In this document: positions 41,725 to 53,800 of the stretch, in pieces | Position numbering within the stretch: the first letter of the stretch is position 1 | How the letters are laid out: every line of letters begins with the position of its first letter | NCBI GenBank assembly: GCA_963744145.1 | Contig: CAVUSO010000001.1 | Span: 3,680,001-3,744,000, forward strand | Origin: an uncultured cyanobacterium | Lineage (GTDB): Bacteria; Cyanobacteriota; Cyanobacteriia; Cyanobacteriales; CAWUOF01 | DNA length: 64,000 nucleotides | Direction of reading: 5' to 3' | Made by a program: the position numbers and the translations under genes | The notes under the pieces: generated by a model | Told to the model about the DNA's origin: nothing | Database searches by the model: none | What the model saw: only the letters and a program-made list of their open reading frames with translations

Positions 41725-43308
41725 TTGCCTGGATCGAGAATACTGAATAAGTTGTTATTCCTCTCCTCTGGTTCAGTTGGTATGTTAAATTGTCAGTGGA
41801 AAATCAGCCTAAATTGGTTTGGGCACAGTGTAGTAGTAACACTTTTAACCAGTAGTTTCCTTAGTTTTAATTTCGGTAACCAACCAGTACAAGCAGAACC
41901 CTCAGCTTACTGTCAACAGTCATCCACCGCGATCGCCCAAAAAAATCAACTCCGTCAAGCTGCATTAACCGGCGATCGCCAGAGTGAAAGTGCCTATCGC
42001 ACTATTCTCGCTCAACAAGCAGACGCCTTACAATTGTGTCGTCGTCAAACTTGGCCCCAAACTCAAGCCATCTGGTTACGGCTTTATCCTTGTGATATTA
42101 GACCAGGAGTCATTGATAAAATTTTTGATGACATTGTAAATCGCGGCTATAACCAAGTTTATGTTGAGTCATTTTACGATAGCCAAGTGCTGTTACCCGC
42201 CGCAGATAACCCGACTAATTGGATCTCAGTGCTCCGGATTCCAGGGGAAGAAAAAACCGATCTCTTAGCTACAGCAATTCAAAAAGGGCACGATCGCGGT
42301 CTGAAAGTTTATGCTTGGTTATATAGCTTGAATTTTGGCTACTCCTACGCTCAACGTCCCGATCGCCAAAATGTGTTAGCTCGTAATGCCCAAAATCAAA
42401 CCAGTTTGGATATATCTACCGATGTAGAATTAGATATTAAAGGTGGAGCTAATCAATCTGATAACGCCTTTGTCGATCCTTACCATCCTCAAGCTCGAGC
42501 AGACTACAATAACATGATTAATGCGATTCTGCAACGCCGACCGGATGGAGTTTTATTTGACTATATTCGTTTTCCGCGACAGGTAGGGGGAGCTTCAGTT
42601 GCCACCAATGTGAAAGATTTATGGGTTTACGGTGAAGCAGCTCAAAATACTTTATACCAAAGAGCGCTAAATCATAAAGGTTTAGAGTTGATCCGCCGCT
42701 TTTTGAAACAGGGATTTGTGACAATTGATGATATTACTAGGGTAGATAAGCTATTTCCGAAGGAAGGAGAACCACTCTGGCAAGGACGTAATCCTACTCT
42801 GACTGCTTCTTTAGCACCCGCAATCCAGCGTCAACCTCAAATTCAACTGGAACTATGGGAACTCAGTGTTGCCCATGCAATGCAAGGGGTAATCGACTTT
42901 CTCAACCAAGCAATCCAACCCGTCGAACAGCAAGGAATTCCTGCCGGAGCAGTGTTTTTTCCGGAAGGAAATCAAGTAATTAGACAAGGTTTTGACTCGC
43001 GGTTGCAACCATGGGAACGTTTTCCCAGTTCGATCGAATGGCATCCCATGGTTTATGGGATTTGCGGGGACAGCAGTTGTATAATTTCCGAGTTACAGCG
43101 GGTTTTGAATTATGCACCACCTGGCACTAATGTGATGCCAGCTTTAGCAGGAGTTTGGGGTCAATCTCTGAAAAACCGTCCCTCTCTAGAAACTCAAATG
43201 CAAGATATTCATCGCGCGGCTCCCCAAGTTAATGGAGTTAGCCATTTTGCCTATTCTTGGCAAGAACCTGATTTTGATAATGACCGTAAATTCTGTCAAG
43301 TCAAATGA
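41725..43308 (+). CDS. Glycoside hydrolase-like family 10 (DUF187) protein
   Basis: GYNQVYVE, GLKVYAW, DGVLFDYIRFP; true start may be 41782. Confidence 0.75.
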   Translation: MPGSRILNKLLFLSSGSVGMLNCQWKISLNWFGHSVVVTLLTSSFLSFNFGNQPVQAEPSAYCQQSSTAIAQKNQLRQAALTGDRQSESAYRTILAQQADALQLCRRQTWPQTQAIWLRLYPCDIRPGVIDKIFDDIVNRGYNQVYVESFYDSQVLLPAADNPTNWISVLRIPGEEKTDLLATAIQKGHDRGLKVYAWLYSLNFGYSYAQRPDRQNVLARNAQNQTSLDISTDVELDIKGGANQSDNAFVDPYHPQARADYNNMINAILQRRPDGVLFDYIRFPRQVGGASVATNVKDLWVYGEAAQNTLYQRALNHKGLELIRRFLKQGFVTIDDITRVDKLFPKEGEPLWQGRNPTLTASLAPAIQRQPQIQLELWELSVAHAMQGVIDFLNQAIQPVEQQGIPAGAVFFPEGNQVIRQGFDSRLQPWERFPSSIEWHPMVYGICGDSSCIISELQRVLNYAPPGTNVMPALAGVWGQSLKNRPSLETQMQDIHRAAPQVNGVSHFAYSWQEPDFDNDRKFCQVK

Positions 43309-43314
43309 TGGGTT

Positions 43315-43497
43315 TTAAGCAATACTGATCCAACCACGACGGATACTATAGAGTAGTCGAGTAATGATTTGCTGTGATTCTGAATCCATCATGGCATTAG
43401 CCGCAGTCAGTAGGATTTTAAATTCGTCTGTATTAAGAACACCACGATGGTTAGCTGTGGCAAAGATATCGGTGAGGACTTCGTTGATGGAATACAT
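43315..43497 (-). CDS. Small conserved hypothetical protein
   Basis: ITRLLYSIRRGWI motif typical of a small cyanobacterial family. Confidence 0.6.
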   Translation of the reverse strand: MYSINEVLTDIFATANHRGVLNTDEFKILLTAANAMMDSESQQIITRLLYSIRRGWISIA

Positions 43498-43657
43498 CAG
43501 TCTTTAACCCTAAACTCTACATCTTAATCATCGGGGTAAAATCCTATTCCTGATATGATCAGCATCTATATAAATGTGTGATACCTCCCTGGGTTTGGCG
43601 TGATCAGCACAAGATTAGACCAGTGATGCCGATCACAAAAACTAGAATTCATCACAC

Positions 43658-44059
43658 CTATATAAGCTTTACAGGCAAATTTTTATTAATTTCAATCAAG
43701 CTAATTGTACCATCTTCTATGACAGAATTTCCTAGTATCGTTTCTTCTAAAGCATGAAATTTAGATTTGGTTTCGCGAATATTTTCGTAATGTAAGACAA
43801 TATGGTATCTTTTTTTAATTGGTTTTCCTGTCTCGGAAAATTCTACAGCATCCAAATCCCGGTTTTGTTCTAGCTCAACCATCTCCCGATATGAACTTGC
43901 TAATTGTTCTAGGGTGATAGCGATCGCGTGTTCGGCAGTTTGCCCGTAACAGGTGGTGTCCGCTCTCGGTGGGTCAAGAACAGATGACATTTGACAAACG
44001 AACTGTCCTTGATCGTTAGTGTGAACATTCATCGTAATTGTACTAGTAATTGTATTCAT
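43658..44059 (-). CDS. Hypothetical protein, HicB-like N-terminus; paralog of 44249
   Basis: CYGQTAEHAIAI. Confidence 0.65.
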   Translation of the reverse strand: MNTITSTITMNVHTNDQGQFVCQMSSVLDPPRADTTCYGQTAEHAIAITLEQLASSYREMVELEQNRDLDAVEFSETGKPIKKRYHIVLHYENIRETKSKFHALEETILGNSVIEDGTISLIEINKNLPVKLI

Positions 44060-44248
44060 TTTTAGGTTAGTTTAAAAGTTAATCTGTAGCTATTTCATCA
44101 TAGCAGATCTATAAACCCAATTATGTCAATTAGGCAATCAGTTTTACTTAATGAGAAAGGGGAGTAGGTTAAATTCCTTTATCTATAGCGAGCTAGGAGC
44201 AATTTTCAATTTTGGTTAATCTTGTTTTAGTAGCGATCGCTCTTACAT

Positions 44249-44659
44249 CTATCCTCGCTCTACAGAGTTTACAGGTAAATTATTATCAATATCAATCACG
44301 TTAATGATCGCATTTTCCACCACGAGATTTTCCATAATTGTGTTTTCAAAAGCCTCAAATTTAGCTGCGGTTTCCCACACAGTTTCGTAATGTAAAACTA
44401 CATGGTATCTTTTCTTAATTGGTTCCCCTGTTTCGGAAAGTTCTACAGCATTCCAATCCGTATTTTGTTGCTCATCAATTATATTTCGATAGGTAATTGC
44501 TAGTCTTTCTAGTGCGATCGCGATCGCGTGTTCTCTCGATTGACCATAACAGATTACTTCTTCTTCTGGTAGATCAAGATCAGATGATATCTGAGCAATA
44601 AAATGTCCTTGCTCATTAGTTTGAACATTAATGGTAATTGTGCTAGTAGTTGGATTCAT
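44249..44659 (-). CDS. Hypothetical protein, HicB-like N-terminus; paralog of 43658
   Basis: CYGQSREHAIAI; shared KKRYH.VLHYE. Confidence 0.65.
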   Translation of the reverse strand: MNPTTSTITINVQTNEQGHFIAQISSDLDLPEEEVICYGQSREHAIAIALERLAITYRNIIDEQQNTDWNAVELSETGEPIKKRYHVVLHYETVWETAAKFEAFENTIMENLVVENAIINVIDIDNNLPVNSVERG

Positions 44660-44745
44660 TAGTTTAATTCCTGCTATAATCTAATTTGGTTCTATGTGAA
44701 TGATTAACAAACCCGATTATTGATATAACCGGGTATTCTGAAGAT

Positions 44746-47304
44746 TTATTCAGCAACCACAAAATTGACTAATTTTCCGGGGACAACAATCACCTTTTTA
44801 ATTTGCTTATCCCCAATATGTCGTTGAGCAGCTTCTGATTCTCTAGCATATTGCTCCAAAATTTGTCGATCATTAGTTACTGGTACTTGAATTGCTCCAC
44901 GAGTTTTCCCATTAATTTGAATGACTAAGGTAATTTCATCGACCACTAACGCATCTGGGGCGAATTTTGGCCAATTTTGCGATAAAACTGCACCTTTATT
45001 ACCACTTAACTCCCATAATTCTGCCGCAATATGAGGTGCAAAAGGAGTTAATAACAAAATTAAAGTTTTAATTCCCTCTCCATAAATTACTGAATTTTTA
45101 CAAGCACTATCAGCTAAAGCATTACTCAGTTTCATTAACTCAGAAATTGCAGTATTAAACTGATATTCTCCTTCTAAATCTTCGGTAATTTCCTTAATTG
45201 CGATATTAATTGCACGTCGTAAATCCTTTTCAGGTTTACTTAAATCTGAATGAGAAACCAACTTATGTTGCTGATCCACAAACTCAGTTACCAATCTCCA
45301 CACCCGATTTAAAAACCGAAATTGTCCTTCCACATCAGCATCTTCCCACTCTAAATCCTTTTCTGGTGGTGCTTTAAACAAAATAAACATCCGAGCTGTA
45401 TCTGCACCATATTTAGCCAACACTTGGAGCGGATCAATTCCATTATATTTCGACTTAGACATCTTTTCATAAAAGACTTCTAAGGGTTCTCCACTTTCGG
45501 GATCTTTAGGACTATTTGGATCAACCTCATGGGAAGGAAAATATTTACCAGTAACCGGATTTTTATAGGTTAAACCTTGCACCATCCCTTGGGTGAGTAA
45601 ACGTTGAAAAGGTTCGTCAAAATTTAATAAACCGCGATCGCGCAATACTTTCGTAAAGAAGCGAGAATAAAGTAGGTGTAAAATCGCGTGTTCAATTCCT
45701 CCTACATATTGATCCACCGGCATAAAATCATTAACTTTAACTTCGTCAAAAGCTTTGTGTTCATTATTCGCGTCAGTATAGCGGAGATAATACCAGGAGG
45801 AATCAATAAAAGTATCCATAGTATCGGTTTCCCGTTTCGCAGGAGTACCACAACTTGGACAAGACACATTCACCCAGCTTTCTAGTTGTGCTAAAGGTGA
45901 AAGACCGCGACCAGTAAACTCGACATTTTCTGGTAATTTAACTGGTAATTGTTCTTCTGGAACTGCTACAGCACCACAATTCGGACAATGAATAATGGGA
46001 ATTGGTGCTCCCCAATAACGTTGTCGAGAAATGAGCCAATCCCGAAGACGATATTGAATTCTCGCTTTACCAAAACCTTGTTTTTCTGCATATTCAATGA
46101 CTGCTTGCTTCCCTTCACTTGAGGGTAGATTATTAAATTGAGCCGAATTAACCATAATTCCCGCATCAGTATAAGCTGATGTGAGACTTTGATTTGCGTC
46201 TCCTCCTGGAGGTAAGATTACCACCTGAATTGGCAAATTTTGTTGTTTAGCAAATTGAAAATCTCTGACATCATGAGCAGGAACACCCATCACTGCTCCT
46301 GTACCATATTCATAAAGAACATAATCAGCAATCCAGATCGGAATTTCTAATCCAGTGAAGGGATTAAGTGCTTTACCACCAGTAGGAATACCCTGTTTCG
46401 GTTTATCTTCAGCAGTTCGATCTAATTCGCTTTGATTAGCTACTTCTTTAATAAAGCTTTCTACAGCTAATTTTCGCTCTGGAGTAGTAACTAGAGGAGT
46501 GAGAGGATGTTCTGGTGCCAAAACCACATAGGTAACACCATATACAGTATCAGGTCTAGTCGTATAAACACCAATTTTTTCATCTAGCCCGACAATGGGA
46601 AATTCTAAATAAGCTCCGGTCGATTTACCAATCCAGTTAGCCTGCATTAGTTTGACTTTTTCCGGCCATCCTGTCAACTGCTCTAGATCATTTAGTAGTT
46701 GTTCTGCATAATTGGTAATTTTCAGAAACCACTGCTTCAGAAGTTTGCGTTCAACTTTAGCACCAGAACGCCAAGATTTGCCTTCGTTGTCTACTTGTTC
46801 GTTCGCGAGTACGGTTTGATCAACTGGGTCCCAATTAACTGTAGCTTCTTTTTGATAAGCGAGTTCTGCTTGGAAGAATTGTAGAAAAATCCACTGAGTC
46901 CATTTATAATAGTCAGGGGAACAGGTAGTTACTTCTCGGTTCCAATCAAAAGATATACCCAAATGTTGTAATTGCCCTTTCATTTGGGCAATGTTTTCAT
47001 AGGTCCACTTCGCTGGGTGGATTCCTCTCGCGATCGCTGCATTTTCTGCTGGTAGTCCAAATGCGTCCCACCCCATTGGATTGAGAACACGATACCCTTG
47101 CATCCGTTTTAATCGGGCAATTACATCTACAATAGTATAGACGCGAACGTGACCCATGTGCAGGTTGCCCGATGGATAGGGAAACATGGACAGGGTGTAA
47201 AATTTTGGCTGATTTTTATCTGTGGGAGTTTGGTTGAAACCTTGTTCTTCCCAAGTTTTTTGCCATTTTGATTCAATGGATGCAGGATTATATCTCGACT
47301 CCAC
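44746..47304 (-). CDS. leuS: Leucyl-tRNA synthetase
   Basis: MFPYPSG.LHMGH, KMSKS. Confidence 0.97.
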   Translation of the reverse strand: MESRYNPASIESKWQKTWEEQGFNQTPTDKNQPKFYTLSMFPYPSGNLHMGHVRVYTIVDVIARLKRMQGYRVLNPMGWDAFGLPAENAAIARGIHPAKWTYENIAQMKGQLQHLGISFDWNREVTTCSPDYYKWTQWIFLQFFQAELAYQKEATVNWDPVDQTVLANEQVDNEGKSWRSGAKVERKLLKQWFLKITNYAEQLLNDLEQLTGWPEKVKLMQANWIGKSTGAYLEFPIVGLDEKIGVYTTRPDTVYGVTYVVLAPEHPLTPLVTTPERKLAVESFIKEVANQSELDRTAEDKPKQGIPTGGKALNPFTGLEIPIWIADYVLYEYGTGAVMGVPAHDVRDFQFAKQQNLPIQVVILPPGGDANQSLTSAYTDAGIMVNSAQFNNLPSSEGKQAVIEYAEKQGFGKARIQYRLRDWLISRQRYWGAPIPIIHCPNCGAVAVPEEQLPVKLPENVEFTGRGLSPLAQLESWVNVSCPSCGTPAKRETDTMDTFIDSSWYYLRYTDANNEHKAFDEVKVNDFMPVDQYVGGIEHAILHLLYSRFFTKVLRDRGLLNFDEPFQRLLTQGMVQGLTYKNPVTGKYFPSHEVDPNSPKDPESGEPLEVFYEKMSKSKYNGIDPLQVLAKYGADTARMFILFKAPPEKDLEWEDADVEGQFRFLNRVWRLVTEFVDQQHKLVSHSDLSKPEKDLRRAINIAIKEITEDLEGEYQFNTAISELMKLSNALADSACKNSVIYGEGIKTLILLLTPFAPHIAAELWELSGNKGAVLSQNWPKFAPDALVVDEITLVIQINGKTRGAIQVPVTNDRQILEQYARESEAAQRHIGDKQIKKVIVVPGKLVNFVVAE

Positions 47305-47435
47305 TGTTATGCTCCGATACTGGACTAATAATCTTTTCTGTAGGGATATTTTGGCATATTTCTGGTTAGGCTTGAGATTTAATCTGTAAACATGAAAAAT
47401 AATAATAATGATGATGATGTTTTTTAACTAAGCCG

Positions 47436-47876
47436 ATGGTAAATTTGATTAGAGTATTTGTTTATGGAACTTTGAAACCAGGAGAAATCAACTATAAACC
47501 TTATTGTGAGGGTAGGGTTGAGCAATGGCAACAAGCGATCGCTTTTGGTCAACTATACCATCTCAGCCAACGAGGTTATCCAGGTATGACTATTGGTAAT
47601 ACTCCTGTTCACGGTGTAGTGATTTCCTTTACTGATCCCAATATTTTTGAGCAGATGGATTGGCTGGAAACTTATCAACCCGATCGCCCACCAGCGGAAA
47701 ATGAATATCAACGAGAAAAAATCACAGTTTTCGACCTGAATGGACAATCCTTAGGTCAAGTTTGGGTATATCTCATGCTACCAGAACGGATTGAGGCACT
47801 TGGCGGCACTTTAATTGCCCATGGTTGGTGGGGTAGTGGTGCCCCACCAGCAAATTTTTGTTTACCACCAATTTAA
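47436..47876 (+). CDS. Gamma-glutamylcyclotransferase (AIG2-like)
   Basis: VFVYGTLK, YP, D.LE. Confidence 0.85.
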   Translation: MVNLIRVFVYGTLKPGEINYKPYCEGRVEQWQQAIAFGQLYHLSQRGYPGMTIGNTPVHGVVISFTDPNIFEQMDWLETYQPDRPPAENEYQREKITVFDLNGQSLGQVWVYLMLPERIEALGGTLIAHGWWGSGAPPANFCLPPI

Positions 47877-48421
47877 TGGGCTGAGTTGACATGGACTTGA
47901 ATCTTCATCATTGGTTTGATGGGATTTGCTACTGCTGCTTTGGGAATTTCAATCACGGGACGGTTTAAAGCCACCATCAAGGGCTCTTGCACTTCCCCGA
48001 TCGCTGGTTTAGAGGTTAGGTTAGCTAATTCCAGCTTGAGCGATTGAGTTCCGGGAATTACCCCGGTAATACAACCAATAAACAAAGCCGCGATCGCCGA
48101 GCCACATCCCCATAATGTACGTCTCTGGTTAATTTTCGCAAATATTTGTTTTACTGTCACATCTACCGATTGAGCTGTGACTGGTACAGTCATGGTCTGT
48201 AAACCTTGACGTACTTCCAACAGACGAGCGTACAAATCTTGGACTACGGGATCTTCTGTCAGCCATTGTTGAACTTGTCTACGTTCTTGAGCGGTTACCT
48301 CACCATCCAGGTAAGCACTTAGCAATTCAAAGCGATCGCGTTGTAACATATCCAGCGCACCCTTATGTTGATCTTTTTTTTCCACATTTAAATCGTTGTG
48401 GTACTCATAGTCAGGAGCCAT
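47873..48421 (-). CDS. Anti-sigma factor (zf-HC2-like, one TM segment)
   Basis: DRFELLSAYLDGE; downstream of ECF sigma; start uncertain. Confidence 0.8.
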   Translation of the reverse strand: MAPDYEYHNDLNVEKKDQHKGALDMLQRDRFELLSAYLDGEVTAQERRQVQQWLTEDPVVQDLYARLLEVRQGLQTMTVPVTAQSVDVTVKQIFAKINQRRTLWGCGSAIAALFIGCITGVIPGTQSLKLELANLTSKPAIGEVQEPLMVALNRPVIEIPKAAVANPIKPMMKIQVHVNSAH

Positions 48422-48571
48422 TTTTCCACCATTACCTAATGACACTAGGGAATCACACTTTAACAAAAACACTTTTAGCTAGTCTAAATTATCGGATTAT
48501 AAATGCACTTTTTTGGTTCCAGTCAATTTTCCCAAACGATGATCACCGTACTTTTCTGATCAAACCTTATT

Positions 48572-49231
48572 TTACTCTCCATCTAAATAATTTTGCAACT
48601 GAAATTGTAATCGTTGACGCGCTCTAGCAATCCGCGACTTGACTGTACCTAAAGAAACCCCGGTAATTTCGGCGATTTCTTCATAAGCCATCCCTTCAAT
48701 TTCCCGGAGTACGATGGTCGTCCGAAAAACTTCTGGGAGGTCGGCGATCGCTTGTCGCAATTGATCATAAAATTCAGTAGTGGTCAGGTTTTCTTCATGT
48801 TCAGGCTCATTAGCAGCAATTTCCCAATCCATTTCTCCATCTTCTACTGTGCGGGGAGCATCCAGAGATAATGGATCTCGGACTCGCTTGCGTTTACGCA
48901 GTTCATCGTAGAATAGGTTAGTGGCAATTCGACTTAACCAACCTCGAAATTTTACTGGGTCATTTAAACGACCAACATTACGATACACCCGAATCCATAC
49001 TTCTTGAGCTAAGTCAGCTCGATCTTGCCAATCCGGGGCTAAATGATATAAAACCTTTTCCACATGAGACTGATAGCGACGTAACAATTCAGCAAAAGCT
49101 AATCGATCAGGACGTAGTCCTTCTTGACAGCGCAAGATGAGATCGTAATTAGCAAGTTTCTCCGCAGGAACGGCTACTTGAGCAACCGTCCCCTCAATCG
49201 TTGACCAGGTTACGGGAATAGAATGACTCAT
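48572..49231 (-). CDS. sigG: ECF sigma factor (SigG type)
   Basis: DLAQEVWIRVY, FRGWLSRIATN, GTVKSRIARAR. Confidence 0.88.
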   Translation of the reverse strand: MSHSIPVTWSTIEGTVAQVAVPAEKLANYDLILRCQEGLRPDRLAFAELLRRYQSHVEKVLYHLAPDWQDRADLAQEVWIRVYRNVGRLNDPVKFRGWLSRIATNLFYDELRKRKRVRDPLSLDAPRTVEDGEMDWEIAANEPEHEENLTTTEFYDQLRQAIADLPEVFRTTIVLREIEGMAYEEIAEITGVSLGTVKSRIARARQRLQFQLQNYLDGE

Positions 49232-49722
49232 GGATGGAAGTAGCTATCGAGTGAACATTCCATCATTTAAGACGCTTTGTTGTCAGTAAAGTTCCCGACA
49301 TTTGGCGATCTAAAATAGATGTTAATCCTAATATTATAAATAAAAAATTTAATTTTGTCTAGCCACAGACGGTTTTCTAATTGTCCCAGTGTTCTTAACT
49401 GGTTTGATCGTTCGATTATATATCAATGATACAGGGGCTGATCTAGAACCCTGTTGCTTGAGATATCACCAACCAAGAAGCAGACCAGACCGAGTAAACG
49501 GACAGATAAGATGTCTATTCTACAAGAGTCTTTTTTGATTGTAGCACAGGCCATTAAATTCCCAAACTTCCCTCCCACCCCTACAGAAATCCGCAAATTG
49601 AGGATAAAATTGGTAGGGACAGGTTCACCAATCAATTCTGTTACCAATAGATCATTATTATAAACCTACCCTGGCCTAACAGATCAACCTCAGATTAAGT
49701 GCAATTTCATAGTAAATTGGTA

Positions 49723-49809
49723 TTACTCCCCTTTCCTGTTAGGAGAGGGGTTGGGGGAGAGGTCAATCTTACTCCCCTTTCCTGTTAGGAGAGGGGTTGG
49801 GGGAGAGGT
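49723..49809. repeat. Two tandem 41-bp REP-like repeats (46-bp period)
   Basis: TTACTCCCCTTTCCTGTTAGGAGAGGGGTTGGGGGAGAGGT x2. Confidence 0.85.
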
Positions 49810-49910
49810 ATTCCTGATTAAGGGGATTGGGGGGATCAATTCCATGCTTCATCAAAAATTGGGATAAAATCACGGTATTATAGTCAAAATCACAACAATT
49901 TAGATTCGCT

Positions 49911-50042
49911 ATGGAACTTGGAGCTATTGTGGGAATTGGGATCGCTGTCTTTCTGGTAATTATTACCGGATTTTCGATCTATACGGCTTTTGGACCCCCT
50001 GCTAAACAATTAGCAGATCCCTTTGATGAACATGAAGACTAA
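49911..50042 (+). CDS. psbN: PsbN (missing from ORF track)
   Basis: MELGAIVGIGIAVFLVIITGFSIYTAFGPPAKQLADPFDEHED*. Confidence 0.92.
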   Translation: MELGAIVGIGIAVFLVIITGFSIYTAFGPPAKQLADPFDEHED

Positions 50043-50060
50043 TTAATCATGGTTTTCTCT

Positions 50061-50100
50061 GTGTATTGCTCGATCTTTAAGATTGCCGATCGCAATACAC
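50061..50100. terminator. Hairpin between convergent genes
   Basis: GTGTATTGC...GCAATACAC inverted repeat. Confidence 0.45.
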
Positions 50101-50108
50101 CCTGCTAA

Positions 50109-50798
50109 TTAGCGACATAAAATCAAATTACCTTTATCACCCCGACGACCATGAGAAATCCATCCACGTACTGGTGCTTGGATTTGAATCCAATTATAAC
50201 CATCGACAAAAACGCTATTGGGTGGATAATTCGTTAAAGTAATTGTGTCTCCATTAGTGACACCTCCAATTTGAGGACTACTCAGACTCGGTCCAGAACG
50301 AATAACTAAACCATCTTTTACAGGTGTTTGGACTTGACGACAAAGATTCGGATTTACCGGGTAAGGATTTGCAGGATCAGGTGGTTGGTAAGGAAGTGAC
50401 TGTGGATTATTGCGATTAACTGCGATCGTAATGTGAGATTTAAACCGTCCATTGTTCCAACAACCGATTTGAATTTCCCCATAACTGCTATATTGTAAGC
50501 TATTATTCTTCCTGTACCAATAGTTATCTGCCATCTGTTTTTGAACTCTGGGGGTGTTCACTTCTCCAAAACAAACTTTTTCAAGGTTGAGAAATGCTTC
50601 CGCGTCTTGAGGGTTGAACCCGTAGTTCAAATCAGGATCTTTCTGATTCCAATGCTCCCATCCCATCCATCCTGATTCTGTATGGTTTACATTATTGGGA
50701 TTGTTTGCTTGTGCTTTGACTGATGATACGTTGGTGAATAAGGGATGACAGGTAGCAATACACAGTAAGCTCATGGAAAAAAAAGTTTTAGTTTTCAT
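50109..50798 (-). CDS. Exported protein with C-terminal bacterial SH3 domain
   Basis: Signal peptide; GLVIRSGPS....IG, WIQI..P..GWIS. Confidence 0.75.
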   Translation of the reverse strand: MKTKTFFSMSLLCIATCHPLFTNVSSVKAQANNPNNVNHTESGWMGWEHWNQKDPDLNYGFNPQDAEAFLNLEKVCFGEVNTPRVQKQMADNYWYRKNNSLQYSSYGEIQIGCWNNGRFKSHITIAVNRNNPQSLPYQPPDPANPYPVNPNLCRQVQTPVKDGLVIRSGPSLSSPQIGGVTNGDTITLTNYPPNSVFVDGYNWIQIQAPVRGWISHGRRGDKGNLILCR

Positions 50799-50841
50799 GG
50801 TTGGTGCTTTTTATACTACAAAGACAAACAGAGTTTACCGA

Positions 50842-53800
50842 TTAGGTGGAAATTGCTATCGGTGATAATACGGCAAAACTGCTAATTTTCCAAGGGGCGA
50901 TCGGCCAAAATTCAGAATTAGGTAAAGTCACCGCTGTTACCGATCGCTCTAAAATATCAATGGCTTCGTCAATCACTAACCCCACTTCTCCTCCTAATTT
51001 TAATTGGGTTGCTTCTCCGACCCATTCATAACAACGTAAAACCCAACGCTGGGGATCTGTTTCTGCTTGTTTTAATGCCATTAAAATCAAATTTTCTCCC
51101 TGTAAATCTAATAATTTCCCCAGTAAAGGTAAATTTGGAGATGTTTTGGTTGGTAAATTTTCAGGTAACGCGATCGGCTGGAGGGGAAAGTTAAATTCAT
51201 ATCCTCTGTGAACTGTTTTAGCTTTTTTCCAATTACCACCATGGGGATAAATTCCATAAGCAAATTCATGTTTACCTTGATCTGCTTCCGGGTCGGGCCA
51301 AATTGGACTTCTTAACAAGGTTAATCGTAATTGATTTGGTTTAGCATCATAGCCATATTTACAATCATTTAAGATACTCACCCCATAATGCTCGTCACTA
51401 AGATCTGCCCAACGTAAAGCGGGAACTTCCCATTTTGCTTGGTCAGCAGTTGTAGTTGGTGATGTGGAACGAGCGATCGCTCCTACGGGAATCTCATAAG
51501 TAGCAATATCAGATTTTACAGTAAAATTAAACGCGGCTTTAACTAATTGATGACGCGATCGCCAATCAACGGTGGTGGCAATCTTTAAAATTGGTGAACC
51601 AGACTCTAGTATATAATCTTGACAAAATTCTGATTCTGCTAATTGTCGAATAATTCGTAATCGCCATTGAATTGGACCTGTTTCTACCCAAAAAATGTCT
51701 GTTACTCTTGGTGCTGGTAACGGATGTTGTTCATAATTAGGATCTATATTCCAAGCATCCCAATATTGACCACTATCTGCAAATACTTGTAATTGATTAC
51801 ATCCTCCCTCACCACATATTTCTCGTTCCTCTATCTGATCAAACATACTACTTATATTTCCTGTCTCCCCATCTACAATTACCCGGAGTAACTCATTTTC
51901 CAAAATCCAATCTTTGGTTGGTAATATTGACTTTTTAGCTAAGGTCTGGTAATCTAAGGGAGAAGAAATGTTATACTGCCTTATTTCTGTCCTTTTTTCA
52001 GTAAACTCCCCTTGATCTAACGAAATTCCAAGGGTTTCCGACGGTTGAGGATAAATCCAAAACACCCGATAACCGATCGACGGCACACCAATTGCTCGAA
52101 ATAATAGGGTATTTTCGTTAAATAATTGGGATAAAAGGATTGTCCCAGTAGCATCACTCACGATCCAGTGTTGAGATGGAATCGCAGGAGGTAATTGAAT
52201 AGTTACTACAGCCGATCGTTCCCAGTTGAGAGGATTAAAGACAACAATGGGGATAGCAGCAAGAGTGGGAGGAGATGGGAGAGTAACTAAATTAGCGATC
52301 GCGAGTAAACTCTGATTTAAGATCTGTAAGCCAATTTGTTTAACAATGAACCAATCCTGATCCGCATCCCGATAAACTTGGGGAATTGCTGAACCAGGGA
52401 GGATATCGTGAAACTGATTAAACAGCATTTTTTGCCAAGCAGTCTCTAATTCCTGATGGGGATAGGAGTCACCTGTGAGCAAAGTTACTAAAGAAGCAAA
52501 TAACTCAGCTTGATATAGTAATCCCTCACTATAACGATTCCAGCGTTTTTGTTCAGCGTGAGTAGTATAACAACCGCGATGAAATTCCAAATATAGTTCA
52601 CTATCCCACACCGGAACATCTTGCGGATCGCGATCGCAAGTCAAAGTAGTTTTAATTTTTTGTAAATAAGCAGCAGCCGTACTATAACTAACCTGGGGAA
52701 AAAATGGGGAATGTTGCCAAACTCTAGCCACTTCTAACATATCCCGCGACGGACCGCCACCACAATCACCAACTCCTGGTAACCAAAGTGCAGATAATAA
52801 ATTAGTTTGCTGTTCCCACTCACAAGCATAATTAGCCATTTTCACCGGATCGGTATCAGTACCAATTAAAGCCGACATCAAACTAAAAATCTGACTCCCA
52901 TCAGGCGATCGCCACCAAAAAGCACCATGAGGAAATTTATTAGTATCATTCCAACATAATTTTTGAGTGACAAAATATTCAATTCCACCTTGACTAAGTA
53001 ACTGAGGTAACTGCCAACAAAATCCAAAACTATCTGGTAACCAAGCTACAGTCATTAACTGACCAAATTTGGCTTGAATATAACGTTGTCCATAGAGAAT
53101 TTGCCGACAGATTGATTCACCATCAATTAAATTCAAATCTGGTTCTACCCACATTCCTCCGACTAATTCCCACCGACCATTAGTAACACTTTCTTTAATT
53201 GCGGCAAATAAATCAGGACGATTGGCTTCAATCCAGGCATAAAGTGCAGGAGTAGTATGACAAAATATTAGATCAGAAAAATCTTGTTGAAGTTGTAAAA
53301 CCGATGTAAAAGTTCGTTGAGCAGCTGACCAAGTTTCACTGACTGGCCATAACCAAGCTAAATCTAAATGAGCATGACCTAAGAGAAAAATTTCCCGTTG
53401 TTTGAGGGGGAATTCTTGAACTAATTCTAGTAACTTTTGACGCAATAAAACTAGCGATCGCTCAAATAACACGCGATCGGGTAAAGCCGTCCAATCAATC
53501 TGAGTAATTGCGACCGCTAATAAATCTAGTTTTGCTGGTGCCAAAGTCGTAAAATATGTTTGCAAAACTGCTAACTCATCCGCGACTAAACTGGGAGCAG
53601 GAGTCAGAAAATCTCCATCATCACGACTAAATAAACAGAGCGATCGGGTTAATGCTCCCCGATCATGGGAGGGACTGACTAAGCGAATTCCCACCAGAAA
53701 CTCATCTGTGATCGTCACTGATTCACTCAGCAACAATCGGATCGAAGCATCAAATAGATCTCCCCGATGTACTAACTTACCATTCACAAAAATTTGAGCA

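Noticed and set aside
49423..49663. Two overlapping short ORFs
   Set aside because: No recognisable motifs; the region contains repeat-like palindromic sequence
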